Shown: piece by piece, positions 1 to 9,537 of the stretch
Layout: each line of letters begins with the position of its first letter
Position numbering within the stretch: position 1 is the stretch's first letter
From: Desulfomonilia bacterium
Lineage (GTDB): Bacteria; Desulfobacterota; Desulfomonilia; UBA1062
Assembly (NCBI GenBank): GCA_050014195.1
Contig: JBEKDT010000005.1
Coordinates: 159,012-223,011, forward strand
Direction: 5' to 3'
Length of the DNA: 64,000 nt
Program-made: the position numbers and the translations under genes
Notes under the pieces: model-generated
Told to the model about the DNA's origin: nothing
Databases searched by the model: none
Seen by the model: only the letters and a program-made list of their open reading frames with translations

Positions 1-200
1 TCTCCGAGATCTGGGACAATAGGGACAACGAGTTCCTCATGCAGCTCAAGAACAAAAAGGACTATGTGCAGGGCAGATGCCGTTCCTGCAGGTGGCTCGA
101 TGTATGCGCCGGCAACTTCCGCGCCCGGGCCGAGGCGACTGCGGGCGACCCATGGGCCGAGGACCCGGCATGCTACCTGAGTGACGAAGAAATCACGTGA
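1..200 (+). CDS. ahbC: 3' end (partial) of radical SAM/SPASM protein, AhbC/NirJ-like heme biosynthesis enzyme
   Basis: Frame from nt 3 reads SEIWDNRDNEFLMQLKNKKDYVQGRCRSCRWLDVCAGNFRARAEATAGDPWAEDPACYLSDEEIT* (stop 198-200), a typical NirJ/AhbC SPASM C-terminus. Confidence 0.6.
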   Translation, partial: SEIWDNRDNEFLMQLKNKKDYVQGRCRSCRWLDVCAGNFRARAEATAGDPWAEDPACYLSDEEIT

Positions 201-239
201 TTATCAATGCAACAAGTGACCAGAATACTGGACTTACTT

Positions 240-1601
240 TTATTCTGCTACAATCTTCTCCTTAATGAAATAAATATGGGATCTATCTTTCCAGGCAAGG
301 TAATGAAGATCATGAGGGGTATCAAAAATAATCCTACCTCCCCCAATGGTAATAATTGAATTATATTGTTTTCCCTCTTTCCCATCAACTATAACAAACT
401 GTTTGTCATTTTCTTGAGCTACATATGCCCAGTGCTTTCCATCAGGACTGAATACAAAAGAGCCTACTGCGATATCATCATATCGCTTCCCTTCTTTCCC
501 ATCTATGACTATAAAGCACTTATTACCTCCTCGAACTACATACACCACATATGTGCTGTCTTGACTAAAGACAAGTGTACTACCTACGATATTATCGTAT
601 TGCTTCCCTGTCTCCCTACCATCCACGACTACAAAATATTTAATACCGATTGAAGCTACATAAGCCACCTGCTTGCTATCAGGGCTAAAGATCGGAGTCC
701 CCTTTCCGATGATATCGTATTGCTTTTCCTCTTTTCCGTCCACAACCACGAAGAATTTATCGTCTGTTTGCGCTACATATGCCACATGCTTGCTATCAGG
801 GCTGAAAATGTATGAGTTATTCATGATTCCATCGTATGGCTTTTCCTCTTTCCCATCTACCACCATAAACATTTTCTTCTTGCCTACTTGAGCTGCATAT
901 ATCAAGCGCTTGCTATCAGGGCTAAAAACTGGGCCACCTGTCGTAATGCTTCTATCAGGGTTAAAACTTGTGCTACTTGTGACAATGCTATCATATTGCT
1001 TTTCCTCTTTCCCATCCACAACCACAAACCACCTCTTCCCTCCGAATATTTTGTCTATGAGAGCTGCATATGCCACACGTGTGCTGTCAAGGCTGAATAC
1101 AGGGCCACTATCCATGATGCCATCGTATGGCTTTGCCTCCTTTCCATCTATGACTGCAAACCATTTATTGCCGGTTCGAGCAGCATACGCTAAGCGTTTA
1201 CTATCAGGGCTAAAAACAGCGCCGCTTTTCCCTATACCATCATATTGCTTTTCCTCTTTCCCATCTATGACTACAAATCTTTTATCACCTTCCAGGGCCA
1301 CATATGCAACTCTAGCACTGTTAGGACTGAATGTTTGTAGACTTTGCTCTATCCCATCGTATTGCTTACCCTCTTTTCCATCTACGACTATAAACCGCTT
1401 TTTCCCTGATCGGGATATATACGATACATGGTTGTCATCAGGGCTTACTTGGAGAGATGATTTTATCCAGGAAAAAATATCTACAGTTACAATTAATTTT
1501 TCAGATATTACCTTGAGTTGATCACTATCCTTTGCATTGCAAATTGTGGAAAAGCAAAAGACAAAAGCTGCCAAATATAATGCGATACATTTTTTAGACA
1601 C
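240..1601 (-). CDS. Secreted TolB/WD40-like beta-propeller repeat protein
   Basis: Signal peptide then about 10 repeats of about 39 aa (FSPDSKRLAYAA..K.FVVVDGKEEKQYDGI); AT-rich relative to neighbours. Confidence 0.8.
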   Translation of the reverse strand: MSKKCIALYLAAFVFCFSTICNAKDSDQLKVISEKLIVTVDIFSWIKSSLQVSPDDNHVSYISRSGKKRFIVVDGKEGKQYDGIEQSLQTFSPNSARVAYVALEGDKRFVVIDGKEEKQYDGIGKSGAVFSPDSKRLAYAARTGNKWFAVIDGKEAKPYDGIMDSGPVFSLDSTRVAYAALIDKIFGGKRWFVVVDGKEEKQYDSIVTSSTSFNPDRSITTGGPVFSPDSKRLIYAAQVGKKKMFMVVDGKEEKPYDGIMNNSYIFSPDSKHVAYVAQTDDKFFVVVDGKEEKQYDIIGKGTPIFSPDSKQVAYVASIGIKYFVVVDGRETGKQYDNIVGSTLVFSQDSTYVVYVVRGGNKCFIVIDGKEGKRYDDIAVGSFVFSPDGKHWAYVAQENDKQFVIVDGKEGKQYNSIITIGGGRIIFDTPHDLHYLAWKDRSHIYFIKEKIVAE

Positions 1602-1891
1602 TTAGCTAATCCTCTTTATCATGGGTATTTTGTTAAAATATTTTGTATTCTATTTATTATGATCACCTGCCACATATGCTCATTTACTTTGTTTCCGATA
1701 GAGAAAAGATAAGAAATACTAATAGATTTCATTCCTCACTTCAACCATTTTCCACTCCCATCCCCGTGATCAAGTACTCGAGATTTCAAGGCTTGCTTTT
1801 GATCTAAAGATTCTATGCCATACTCACTATTCTGAGCATCGGTTGAGGTTGAGATATAAATAATGGCTCTTAATGTCCTGCTCATGCTTGC

Positions 1892-2482
1892 TTAGAGGAT
1901 TTCGAGGATCCTACTCTGGAATCCCTTGAGCACCTCTTCGATATCCAGCATGCCGGGCTCGAATATGGTCGAGAAGAGGGCCATGCCCTCCCAGAAGGCT
2001 ACCATGGCGATGCTCACATTTTTTACAAATTGCTTGTCTTCGATAAAGCGGCTCAAGTTCAACACCAGCTCATCTATCCACCGTATGTACGCCTTTCGCA
2101 GCTTTGCCCGGACGGAATCATGGTACAGGGCGATCTCCCATATCTCCACAAATATCGTCGAGAGGCCCTTGTTAAGCGTGATGCGGTTGTTTACGAAGCC
2201 GAATAGCTCGTCGATGAATTCCTTCTTCCCGTATCGGGACAAATCCTTTTCATTAAGCCATTCCCTGATCTGGGTCTGATAATCATCGATGACATAGTCG
2301 ATGTAGTTGAGGAGGATGTCTTCCTTGCTGGAGAAATAGTAGTGCAGCACACCGTGGTTCACCCCGGCAACGCGGGCGATGTCCTTGATGGAGGTCTTCT
2401 CAAAAGACTTCTCCTGAAGACAGGCATCCAGGGCCTTGAGGATCTGCTGTTTGCGTTCTTCCTGTATCCTTTTTCTCGCCAT
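1892..2482 (-). CDS. TetR/AcrR family regulator (BetI-like)
   Basis: N-terminal HTH SIKDIARVAGVNHGVLHYYFSSKEDI. Confidence 0.9.
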   Translation of the reverse strand: MARKRIQEERKQQILKALDACLQEKSFEKTSIKDIARVAGVNHGVLHYYFSSKEDILLNYIDYVIDDYQTQIREWLNEKDLSRYGKKEFIDELFGFVNNRITLNKGLSTIFVEIWEIALYHDSVRAKLRKAYIRWIDELVLNLSRFIEDKQFVKNVSIAMVAFWEGMALFSTIFEPGMLDIEEVLKGFQSRILEIL

Positions 2483-2494
2483 TGATCACATTCC

Positions 2495-3925
2495 TCATAC
2501 CCCATCCGGGGGGCCTGGAACTTTCCCTTCCGGCTTTCCCGGCCTTCTCTTCACCCTCGTGGCTGCCTTCTGTGCTGCCTTCTTCTTGAACACAGGCACG
2601 ACAAGCACGGTATAAAGGGTGCAGAGTAAAAGGAACCCTGCCATGAACACGGCAACCCAGTAATTCGCGAACAGGACCCTGCCCGAGTAGTCTTTGCTGA
2701 CATCCATGAATATGCCGATCATGAGTCCTAAGAACACCACGGCAGTAATGACCGGTATCACCGGTCCGAACGGTATCTTGAAGTCACGCGGGGTATCCGG
2801 GAACTTTTTTCTGAGCCTGAGCACGCATATCGCCATGACCACATAGATGAAGCATTCGAGTGCCGCAGCCATCAATATGATGAACAGATACTTGCCGGTA
2901 ATGAATATGGCGATGCTTATTGCCATGGCGAATATCATAAGCCCGAGGATCGCCACCCACGGCGTCGCATAGTCCGGGTGGAGCTTGCTGAACACCCTGG
3001 GCAGGACATTGTCGCGGGCCATGGCATAGGTGAAGCGGGAGGTGTTCAAGAGCCCTGCATTGAAAGACGTGACCGATGCCAGCACGCTCATGAACATCAG
3101 GAGCACCACGCCCGGCACGCCGAAAAGGTTCCTGCCCAGGAGGATATGCGGGATCACCGTGCCGCTCAGGCGCTGCTCGGGGGTAAGCCCGATCCATATT
3201 GCTACCGTGAACAGCGAGTAGAGGATGGACAGGATACCGACCGTAATAAGCATACCCTTGCCGATGAGCCGGTAATCCGTTGTCTCCTCGGCGAGCGGGG
3301 TGACCCACTCGAAGCCCACGAAGAGGAATACGCCCACTCCCGCAGCCTCGATTATCTTCGGGATCGTAAAATTCGGACTCGCAAGGGCAGGGGTGAAATC
3401 GATCCCTATGGTGGAGATGGCGTAGATGGAAACAAAGGCGAGCAGGCTTATCTTGCTGAAGGTCATGATGTCTTCCGCGAGCCCGGTAATCTTCACCCCC
3501 CGGTAGTTGAGGAATGCCACGAACAGGATGAAGATGCTCAACCAGATGATCCGGTCGAACATCGGGCTTACAAAGGTATGGGCGCTTATCATAACGCTCG
3601 AAAGGATATAGCTTTCCGTTCCCACCATGGAGATGCCGAGCACGACATAGAATATCCCGATGGTAATGGCGATGGGCTCATTGAAGGCGTTCTGCATAAA
3701 GAGCTTGATACCTGCGGCACTCGGGTAGAGTGATGTGAGTTCGGAGAAGCACATCGCAGAGAGAAGGCAGAATAACCCCGCAACCAGTATGGAGATCCAG
3801 GCGAGCTCGCCCACTACGATGATGGCTACCTGCAGACCGGCAATATAACAGGAAGTGGCAAGGGCCATACCGACCGATGTAGATATAACAGTCCTGAGCT
3901 TAAGCACTTTTTTGAGCGTAGTCAT
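2495..3925 (-). CDS. APC family amino acid/amine permease
   Basis: About 12 TM segments; FSELTSLYPSAAG, FVGFE..AEE, SRFTYAMARDNVLP..FSKLHP..TPW motifs. Confidence 0.9.
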   Translation of the reverse strand: MTTLKKVLKLRTVISTSVGMALATSCYIAGLQVAIIVVGELAWISILVAGLFCLLSAMCFSELTSLYPSAAGIKLFMQNAFNEPIAITIGIFYVVLGISMVGTESYILSSVMISAHTFVSPMFDRIIWLSIFILFVAFLNYRGVKITGLAEDIMTFSKISLLAFVSIYAISTIGIDFTPALASPNFTIPKIIEAAGVGVFLFVGFEWVTPLAEETTDYRLIGKGMLITVGILSILYSLFTVAIWIGLTPEQRLSGTVIPHILLGRNLFGVPGVVLLMFMSVLASVTSFNAGLLNTSRFTYAMARDNVLPRVFSKLHPDYATPWVAILGLMIFAMAISIAIFITGKYLFIILMAAALECFIYVVMAICVLRLRKKFPDTPRDFKIPFGPVIPVITAVVFLGLMIGIFMDVSKDYSGRVLFANYWVAVFMAGFLLLCTLYTVLVVPVFKKKAAQKAATRVKRRPGKPEGKVPGPPDGV

Positions 3926-3943
3926 GAATCCTCCCCCATCTCA

Positions 3944-4234
3944 TTATCTGTCCGATCCGCCTTCATAAGGATTCAACGAATCATAGGCGCCGTAGATGAG
4001 CAGCCAACTGGTTATCTTCATGGCACCACTACTCAGGCGAAGCCTGGGCCAGATGATTCCCACGATAATAAGCAGCATGCCGCTCATCACGCCCTCAACA
4101 TGGCTCGAAAGGCCCATTCTGGGGTTTGCAAGGATGGGAATAAGCAAGCCTGTCAAAAGGCCCAAGAGAAGCAGCAAAACGCCCAGACGTATGAGTCGCC
4201 CGGACAGCCGCTGCTTCATACTTGATGTATCCAT
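3944..4234 (-). pseudogene. Probably C-terminally truncated small membrane protein (StyC/styrene-oxide-isomerase-like family)
   Basis: GVLLLLLGLLTG...NPRMGLSSHVEG..G.LL...G.IWPRL motif; hydrophobic pattern breaks abruptly after IYGAY; good RBS (GGAGG). Confidence 0.45.
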
Positions 4235-4325
4235 GATCCCTCCTGAAAAAATTCTTGCCCATATTACTTTCTAAGCCTAAGACCTTTTCCGCTTTCATGC
4301 CGCTGAGACGACTTTAGGTGTCAGG

Positions 4326-4685
4326 TCATGCATCGGGCCAGATGATCATGGTGATGGCATCGAGTCTCATGACATCCTCCTGGCTCGCCTTCACCTTGAT
4401 CTCTCCGTCCAGGTACTTCTGTGACGGGTTGAGATCTCCCCAGAACATGTCGCACAGGTTTTCACTCAGGGTCGTGACAATGACGTCGGGGGTCCCCTTC
4501 GCCCCCGCCTCGTATGACACGATCTCGCCGTTTTTCACGTCCATGGTGAAGTAATCCCCCGTGTCTTCTGCAAAAAAGTGGATCAGCCTCGACCAGTCCC
4601 GCTGCATCCTTCTCAGGCGTGCATTATCATTGCATTGAACCTGATAATCAGCCAGGGCTTCTAAGATATTCTCTTTTGTCGCCAT
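4326..4685 (-). CDS. SCP2 sterol/lipid-binding domain protein
   Basis: PDVIVT...DMFWGDLNPSQKYLDGEIKVK is the SCP2 signature. Confidence 0.8.
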   Translation of the reverse strand: MATKENILEALADYQVQCNDNARLRRMQRDWSRLIHFFAEDTGDYFTMDVKNGEIVSYEAGAKGTPDVIVTTLSENLCDMFWGDLNPSQKYLDGEIKVKASQEDVMRLDAITMIIWPDA

Positions 4686-4697
4686 ATCTCTCCTCCG

Positions 4698-5966
4698 TCA
4701 ATCGTTCTTGCCTATGCCGCTTTCCTTCGAGAGCTCCCTCATTGAATCCTCTAACGCATTCAGCACAAAATCCACCTCTTCAGGGGTTATCACCAATGGG
4801 GGCATGAACCGGCATATGGTCGGATCATTGCCCGTATAGACGGCAATCACGCCTCTATCTGCGAGCTTCTTCGTGAGCCTGGGGCCGATGGACTGGTTCG
4901 TGTACTGGAGCCCCATCATGAGCCCCTTCTGTCTCACCTCGATCAGAAGGCCAGGATAATCTTTCAGAAACCGGTCAAACCCGGCCCTGAAACGATCCCC
5001 CATCTTAACTGCGCGGTCGGCCAGGTGATTCTTTTGTATATATTCAATGACGGCAAGGCCCACAAGGCATCCCAGATCTGAGCCTCCAAAGGTGGAGAGG
5101 TGGATGAATGGATGCGGGATGAAGAAATCCATGAGCTCTTCGGTGAATATGGTGGCCGAGATCGGATAGATCCCGCCGCCCAACGACTTCGCCACAGTCA
5201 TGATATCCGGCACTACGCCCCAGTGCTCGGAGGCGAACATCTTCCCTGTCCTGGCAAACCCGGTCTGTATCTCATCCAGGATGAGCAGAGCCCCGTTTTC
5301 GTTACAGATCTTCCTAACTTCCTGGAGGTAACCTTCTGGAGGAAGATTGATGCCCCCCTCTCCCTGTATGGGCTCCAGGATAACTGCCGCAGTATCTTCG
5401 GTGAAGGCATCCCAGATTGCCTGGGCATTACCGAACGGTACCATCTTGAACCCGGGGATGAGCGGCTCGAAAGGCTCCTTGTAGGCATCACGGCCTATGG
5501 CGGAAAGCGCAAACCCGGTGTGGCCGTGATAGGCCTTATCCGCATAGATGATCTCTTTCTTCATGGTATAGCCGCGCGCCAGCTTGATGGCGGCATCATT
5601 CGCCTCGCCTCCGCCGGTCCCGAAGATCGTGCACTTGAGGTTGCCCGGCGTTATCTCTGCAAGCTTCTTCGCCAGGTCCGCCTTCTGCTTGGAGCATAGG
5701 AGAAAGACCCCGATGTCATAGGTGTCGAGGGCGTCTTTGAGTGCCTGCACGATCACGGGGTTGTGACGGCCCACGTTCATGATGCCGGAGCCGGTCTGAC
5801 AGTCGATGTATTTCTTGCCCGTCATATCCCAGATAGATGCCCCGTCGCGCCTATCCTCGATGATATCCAGGCCCGCACTTTTCATGGTGCGGGTCTTCAT
5901 GGGGCCTAAGTACTCGGAGAAATCTGCCAGGGCCTGCTTCTTGATCTTCTCACGATCTATTGCCAT
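4698..5966 (-). CDS. Class III PLP aminotransferase (putrescine/omega-amine type)
   Basis: [64 protein letters not shown]. Confidence 0.92.
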   Translation of the reverse strand: MAIDREKIKKQALADFSEYLGPMKTRTMKSAGLDIIEDRRDGASIWDMTGKKYIDCQTGSGIMNVGRHNPVIVQALKDALDTYDIGVFLLCSKQKADLAKKLAEITPGNLKCTIFGTGGGEANDAAIKLARGYTMKKEIIYADKAYHGHTGFALSAIGRDAYKEPFEPLIPGFKMVPFGNAQAIWDAFTEDTAAVILEPIQGEGGINLPPEGYLQEVRKICNENGALLILDEIQTGFARTGKMFASEHWGVVPDIMTVAKSLGGGIYPISATIFTEELMDFFIPHPFIHLSTFGGSDLGCLVGLAVIEYIQKNHLADRAVKMGDRFRAGFDRFLKDYPGLLIEVRQKGLMMGLQYTNQSIGPRLTKKLADRGVIAVYTGNDPTICRFMPPLVITPEEVDFVLNALEDSMRELSKESGIGKND

Positions 5967-6073
5967 AATGACCTCCTTTGTCCATCCGTTTTGATCATTT
6001 TATCGACCGCCATATGCCCCTTCCTCACTGCATGAAAAGGTTCATGCATAGTCCTGCTTTTAACCCAGAATGT

Positions 6074-6144
6074 GTAGGAGCGGCTTTAGCCGCGACAGGG
6101 ACAAGGGGTGCACACAACTTTTTCGCGCCTGAAGGCGCTCCTAC
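6074..6144. repeat. REPIN-like doublet of GTAG-type REPs
   Basis: GTAGGAGCGGCTTTAGCCGCGA ... TCGCGCCTGAAGGCGCTCCTAC in inverted orientation. Confidence 0.85.
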
Positions 6145-6228
6145 AGAAGCAGAGCTACTGCATATATCGCTGCAATGAGCACGTACAAATGAAAAATCCG
6201 GTTTTGGAAATTTTCTCATATCCGATTT

Positions 6229-7863
6229 TCAGTATGCCTTCTTTCCGTCGATCCAGGTCTGGACCACCCGGCTCGAATCCGAGAAGGGGTCACCATCAAC
6301 CACACAGAATGTGGCCGGAGCGCCCTCGTTGAGCCCGTTATTCACTGTGCCCAGAGAGAGGCTACCCCCGATGGTTCCTGCAGTGAGGGCCTGAAACTCG
6401 CTGAGCCTTTCCTCAGGGCCGAACATCGACCCGTCCGGTTTTTTCCGATCAACCGCACGTCTGATGTTATGCAGGGGGTCATCAGCTGCACAAGGGCCGT
6501 CGGAACTGATACAGATGGGAACCCCCCTTTCAAGAAGACTCCTTAAGGGGAATGCCTTCAGGTAGGGGATGGCCCCCTGCCTCTCGATGTCATGGGCATA
6601 GTAGGGGATGAATCCCGGTTGCAGAGATGCGACCGACCCGCAGCCCGCAAAGATGTCCAGGTCCTCATCGTCCATGATAAGCAGATGCTCGACCGATGCC
6701 CCGACAGGTTTGAGTCTCTTTATTACTTCTGCAGCCTGGCGGCAGGCCACATTGCCCAGGGCATGCATGACCAGTCGATACCCCTTGTCCGTAAAGACTT
6801 TTGCCCTGCCGATGAGATCATCGAGGTCCTCGAACCTCAGGTAAGGCAGGTATATTTTCCCGTTCTTCAGGGTGATCTTCTGCTCGAAGAGTAAACGAAA
6901 CGGTGATAAGCTGCCAAGGGCGACACTATCCTTTGCAGCCATGAGGGCCGCCTTCAGACCTCCTGCGAGCGGCATGCTCGCTGCAGTCCGGTAAGCCCCG
7001 TCCAGAAAGAACTTCACGCTCTTAGGCGCGTGATCGGAGTTCAGTGCATTCGCATCATCTCTCTGGTTCGGCGGGGCAAATATGCTGTCATAGGCCGTCA
7101 CGCACCAGCTGATCTTCAACGGGGTATATCCTTGCGCATCCTTCAGGAGCCTTTGAATATCAGAAGGGACTCCGGGATCATTGACATGGGTGAGCCCCTT
7201 TTGCAGGCACCTGGTGGCCTCATCGAGGATTATCTTCCTCTTCTCCTCTTCAGAGCATGTCCGGAAGACCTCCCGGCACATCGTAACGAGCACCCTGCCG
7301 AGTGCATCTTCCCATACGGTACCCTTGGGCGTACCATCCCGCTGGATGTCGATATCTATGGGGCACCGCAAGGTGTTCCTGCTGATCCCGGCGCGCCTGA
7401 GTGCTGAAGTCGAGACAAGGCCACGGTGAAAGGTGGTATCAACGACAAGCACCGGCGATCCAAAAGCTGCCGCATCGATTTCCTGTAAACTGGGAAGGGT
7501 CGGGGTCTTCCACCTGGTATGGTCGAACCCGGAGAAGAAGACCCAGCGCTTGTCCGATCGGCATACCCTGCATGCAGCCTCGATGGCGCCGAGTGCGTCG
7601 TCTTTTGATGCCCACGACCCCGCATCGCCATAGAGCGGCAGCAGGGCGGATATGAAAAAGTGCCGGTGCGCATCAATAAGCCCAGGTATGATATGCATCC
7701 CCCCGAGATCTTCTGATGGCCTGAGCGCTGAAGCTGCCTGCTCTTGGTTAAAGATCTCCAGGATCTTGCCGTCTCTGAAACGCAGCCCGCCATGTATCTT
7801 TTCCATCGGGCTCCCGGCCCAAAGCACTGCATTGCCCAGCACCACCTCTTGCTGCCGGCCCAT
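6229..7863 (-). CDS. Amidohydrolase family 3 (YtcJ-like) metal-dependent amidohydrolase
   Basis: DLGGMHIIPGLIDAHRH, KFFLDG, HALG, VEH, SSD, W.DGK C-terminus. Confidence 0.85.
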   Translation of the reverse strand: MGRQQEVVLGNAVLWAGSPMEKIHGGLRFRDGKILEIFNQEQAASALRPSEDLGGMHIIPGLIDAHRHFFISALLPLYGDAGSWASKDDALGAIEAACRVCRSDKRWVFFSGFDHTRWKTPTLPSLQEIDAAAFGSPVLVVDTTFHRGLVSTSALRRAGISRNTLRCPIDIDIQRDGTPKGTVWEDALGRVLVTMCREVFRTCSEEEKRKIILDEATRCLQKGLTHVNDPGVPSDIQRLLKDAQGYTPLKISWCVTAYDSIFAPPNQRDDANALNSDHAPKSVKFFLDGAYRTAASMPLAGGLKAALMAAKDSVALGSLSPFRLLFEQKITLKNGKIYLPYLRFEDLDDLIGRAKVFTDKGYRLVMHALGNVACRQAAEVIKRLKPVGASVEHLLIMDDEDLDIFAGCGSVASLQPGFIPYYAHDIERQGAIPYLKAFPLRSLLERGVPICISSDGPCAADDPLHNIRRAVDRKKPDGSMFGPEERLSEFQALTAGTIGGSLSLGTVNNGLNEGAPATFCVVDGDPFSDSSRVVQTWIDGKKAY

Positions 7864-7929
7864 ATGTCTCCTCCTTTAAGACAAGGTTCTTGCTCTTTTC
7901 ATAGCAACTTGCTTAAGATATCCCTGCTC

Positions 7930-9039
7930 TCAGAGCGCCGGATATTCCACGTAGTCCCAGCCGAAGGCATTGGCCACTTCGCCGTTGGTAAGTATGCCTT
8001 TATATACGTTCAAACCTTTCCTCAGCGCCGTGTTCTCCTTCATGGCCTTCTCACCGCCTTTGTCCGCAAGCTCCAGCACATAGGGCATGGTGGCATTGGT
8101 AAGCGCATAGGTTGAGGTCCTGGGCACTGCTCCGGGCATATTTGCCACACAGTAATGCACGATCCCCTCCTCGATGTAGGTCGGGTTGTCATGGGTGGTG
8201 GGCCTGCTCGTCTCTGCGCATCCTCCCTGGTCAATGGCAATATCCACTATGACCGAGCCGGGCTCCATCTTTCTCAGCAGGTCCCGCGTGATGAGGTGCG
8301 GGGTTTTCGCACCGGGGATGAGCACCGACGCGATGACCAGATCTGCATGGATGATGGCCTCCTCAACGTTCCCGGCATTGGCCATAAGCAGCACAGCTCG
8401 GGAATGGAAAATGTCCTCAAGGTAATTCAATCGTTTTTGATTGATATCGAGGATGGTGACCTGGGCACCCACCCCGGCGGCAATGTGGGCTGCATTGATA
8501 CCCGATATGCCTGCCCCGAGGATGGTTACTTTCCCGGGATGCACCCCCGGCACCCCGGAGAGGAGTATGCCCTTGCCCCCGTGTATTTCTTCAAGACATG
8601 TGCAGCCCGTCTGGATCGCCAGCCTCCCGGCCACTGCACTCATGGGTGCAAGCAGGGGCAGGCTCCCGTCTTCCGTCTGAATGGTCTCATAGGCGATGCC
8701 GGTTATCTTGCTTTTGAGCAGTTCTCTGGTGAGGTCTTCATTGGCTGCCAGATGGAGATAGGTGAACAGGATCAAATCTTCCCGCATGAATTTGTATTCC
8801 TGCTCTATGGGCTCCTTAACCTTGACGATCATATCGGAACCTGTCCAGAGTGCTTCAGCGCCCTGAACAATGCGTGCCCCTGCCAGCTCGTACGCGACAT
8901 CCTTTATACCGGAACCGATTCCTGCATCCCTTTGAACAAATACCTTGTGCCCGTGGTGGACAAGGGTCCTCACACCGACGTGTGTCATAGCTACCCGGCC
9001 TTCCCTGGTCTTGATTTCCTTTGGTATGCCGATGTTCAT
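7930..9039 (-). CDS. ald: Alanine dehydrogenase
   Basis: GIPKEIK..E.RVA, LFTYLHLAA, LPLLAPMS.VAGR, DIAIDQGGC.ETSRPTTH, HYCVANMPGAVPRTSTYAL. Confidence 0.97.
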   Translation of the reverse strand: MNIGIPKEIKTREGRVAMTHVGVRTLVHHGHKVFVQRDAGIGSGIKDVAYELAGARIVQGAEALWTGSDMIVKVKEPIEQEYKFMREDLILFTYLHLAANEDLTRELLKSKITGIAYETIQTEDGSLPLLAPMSAVAGRLAIQTGCTCLEEIHGGKGILLSGVPGVHPGKVTILGAGISGINAAHIAAGVGAQVTILDINQKRLNYLEDIFHSRAVLLMANAGNVEEAIIHADLVIASVLIPGAKTPHLITRDLLRKMEPGSVIVDIAIDQGGCAETSRPTTHDNPTYIEEGIVHYCVANMPGAVPRTSTYALTNATMPYVLELADKGGEKAMKENTALRKGLNVYKGILTNGEVANAFGWDYVEYPAL

Positions 9040-9052
9040 ATGCGGCTCCTAT

Positions 9053-9122
9053 TTAGTTGATTGACTAAGATTTAAACTGAAACACTGGCTCTGTCAATAA
9101 TCTAATTTAGACGTTCAACTAA
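9053..9122 (-). promoter_or_regulatory. Putative sigma70 promoter of the ald operon flanked by two related palindromic operators
   Basis: TTAGTTGATTGACTAA (9053-9068) and TTAGACGTTCAACTAA (9107-9122; reverse complement TTAGTTGAACGTCTAA); TTGACA on minus strand at 9097-9092. Confidence 0.55.
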
Positions 9123-9194
9123 CATTATCGAATAAAAACCCGGTTCATTGCAGTAAAGCATACTTAAGATCATTGAGGAACGGCACAGAAGGAT

Positions 9195-9410
9195 ATTCTC
9201 ACCACGAAGGACACGAAGAGCACGAAGAAGATCTAAAAAACCAGAACAAACACTCTTGGATCCATTGAACCGGTCAGCGATTTCAAAAGACTTTCTTTCT
9301 TCGTGTCCTTCGTGCTCTTCGTGGTGAAGTACTCCTATGTCTGATCGAATCCCATGCTCCATTTTGGTTGCGGCTATGCTGCGCTAAGCTCTTCGTGTCC
9401 TTCGTGGTGG
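9195..9410. mobile_element. CACGAAG-arm miniature element, composite copy A
   Basis: CACCACGAAGGACACGAAGAGCACGAAG ... CTTCGTGTCCTTCGTGCTCTTCGTGGTG, then a GGTTGCGGCTATGCTGCGC hairpin and a further right arm; near-identical to 44925-45130. Confidence 0.8.
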
Positions 9411-9457
9411 AAACAATGGGCTGCAAACCATAAAAGTATGCTCAACAGAGAAGAAAC

Positions 9458-9495
9458 AAAAAAAACACAGGGCCCTTTATTGCCGGGACCCTGTG
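9458..9495 (-). terminator. Rho-independent terminator after the MCP gene
   Basis: CACAGGG(T)CCC/GGG(C)CCTGTG stem followed on the minus strand by a T-run. Confidence 0.6.
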
Positions 9496-9537
9496 GGTGT
9501 GTGTCAGTCTGCAGGAATAGAGCCTTAAGCTACTCAC

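Noticed and set aside
240-1601. Nucleotide repeats in the propeller gene as a non-coding array
   Set aside because: The period matches in-frame protein repeats with synonymous variation
8155-9060. Long antisense ORFs (e.g. 8155-9060, 30798-31721, 38795-39544, 55983-57056)
   Set aside because: Shadows of well-supported genes on the opposite strand in GC-rich DNA
9102-9362. ORFs over CACGAAG elements (also 13133-13375, 44683-45147) with HHEEHEGHEE or TTKSTK peptides
   Set aside because: They are translations of the repeat arms, with no independent coding evidence
9195-9410. CACGAAG repeats as a CRISPR array
   Set aside because: Units are 9 bp, arranged as inverted arms with no unique 30-40-bp spacers; no cas genes
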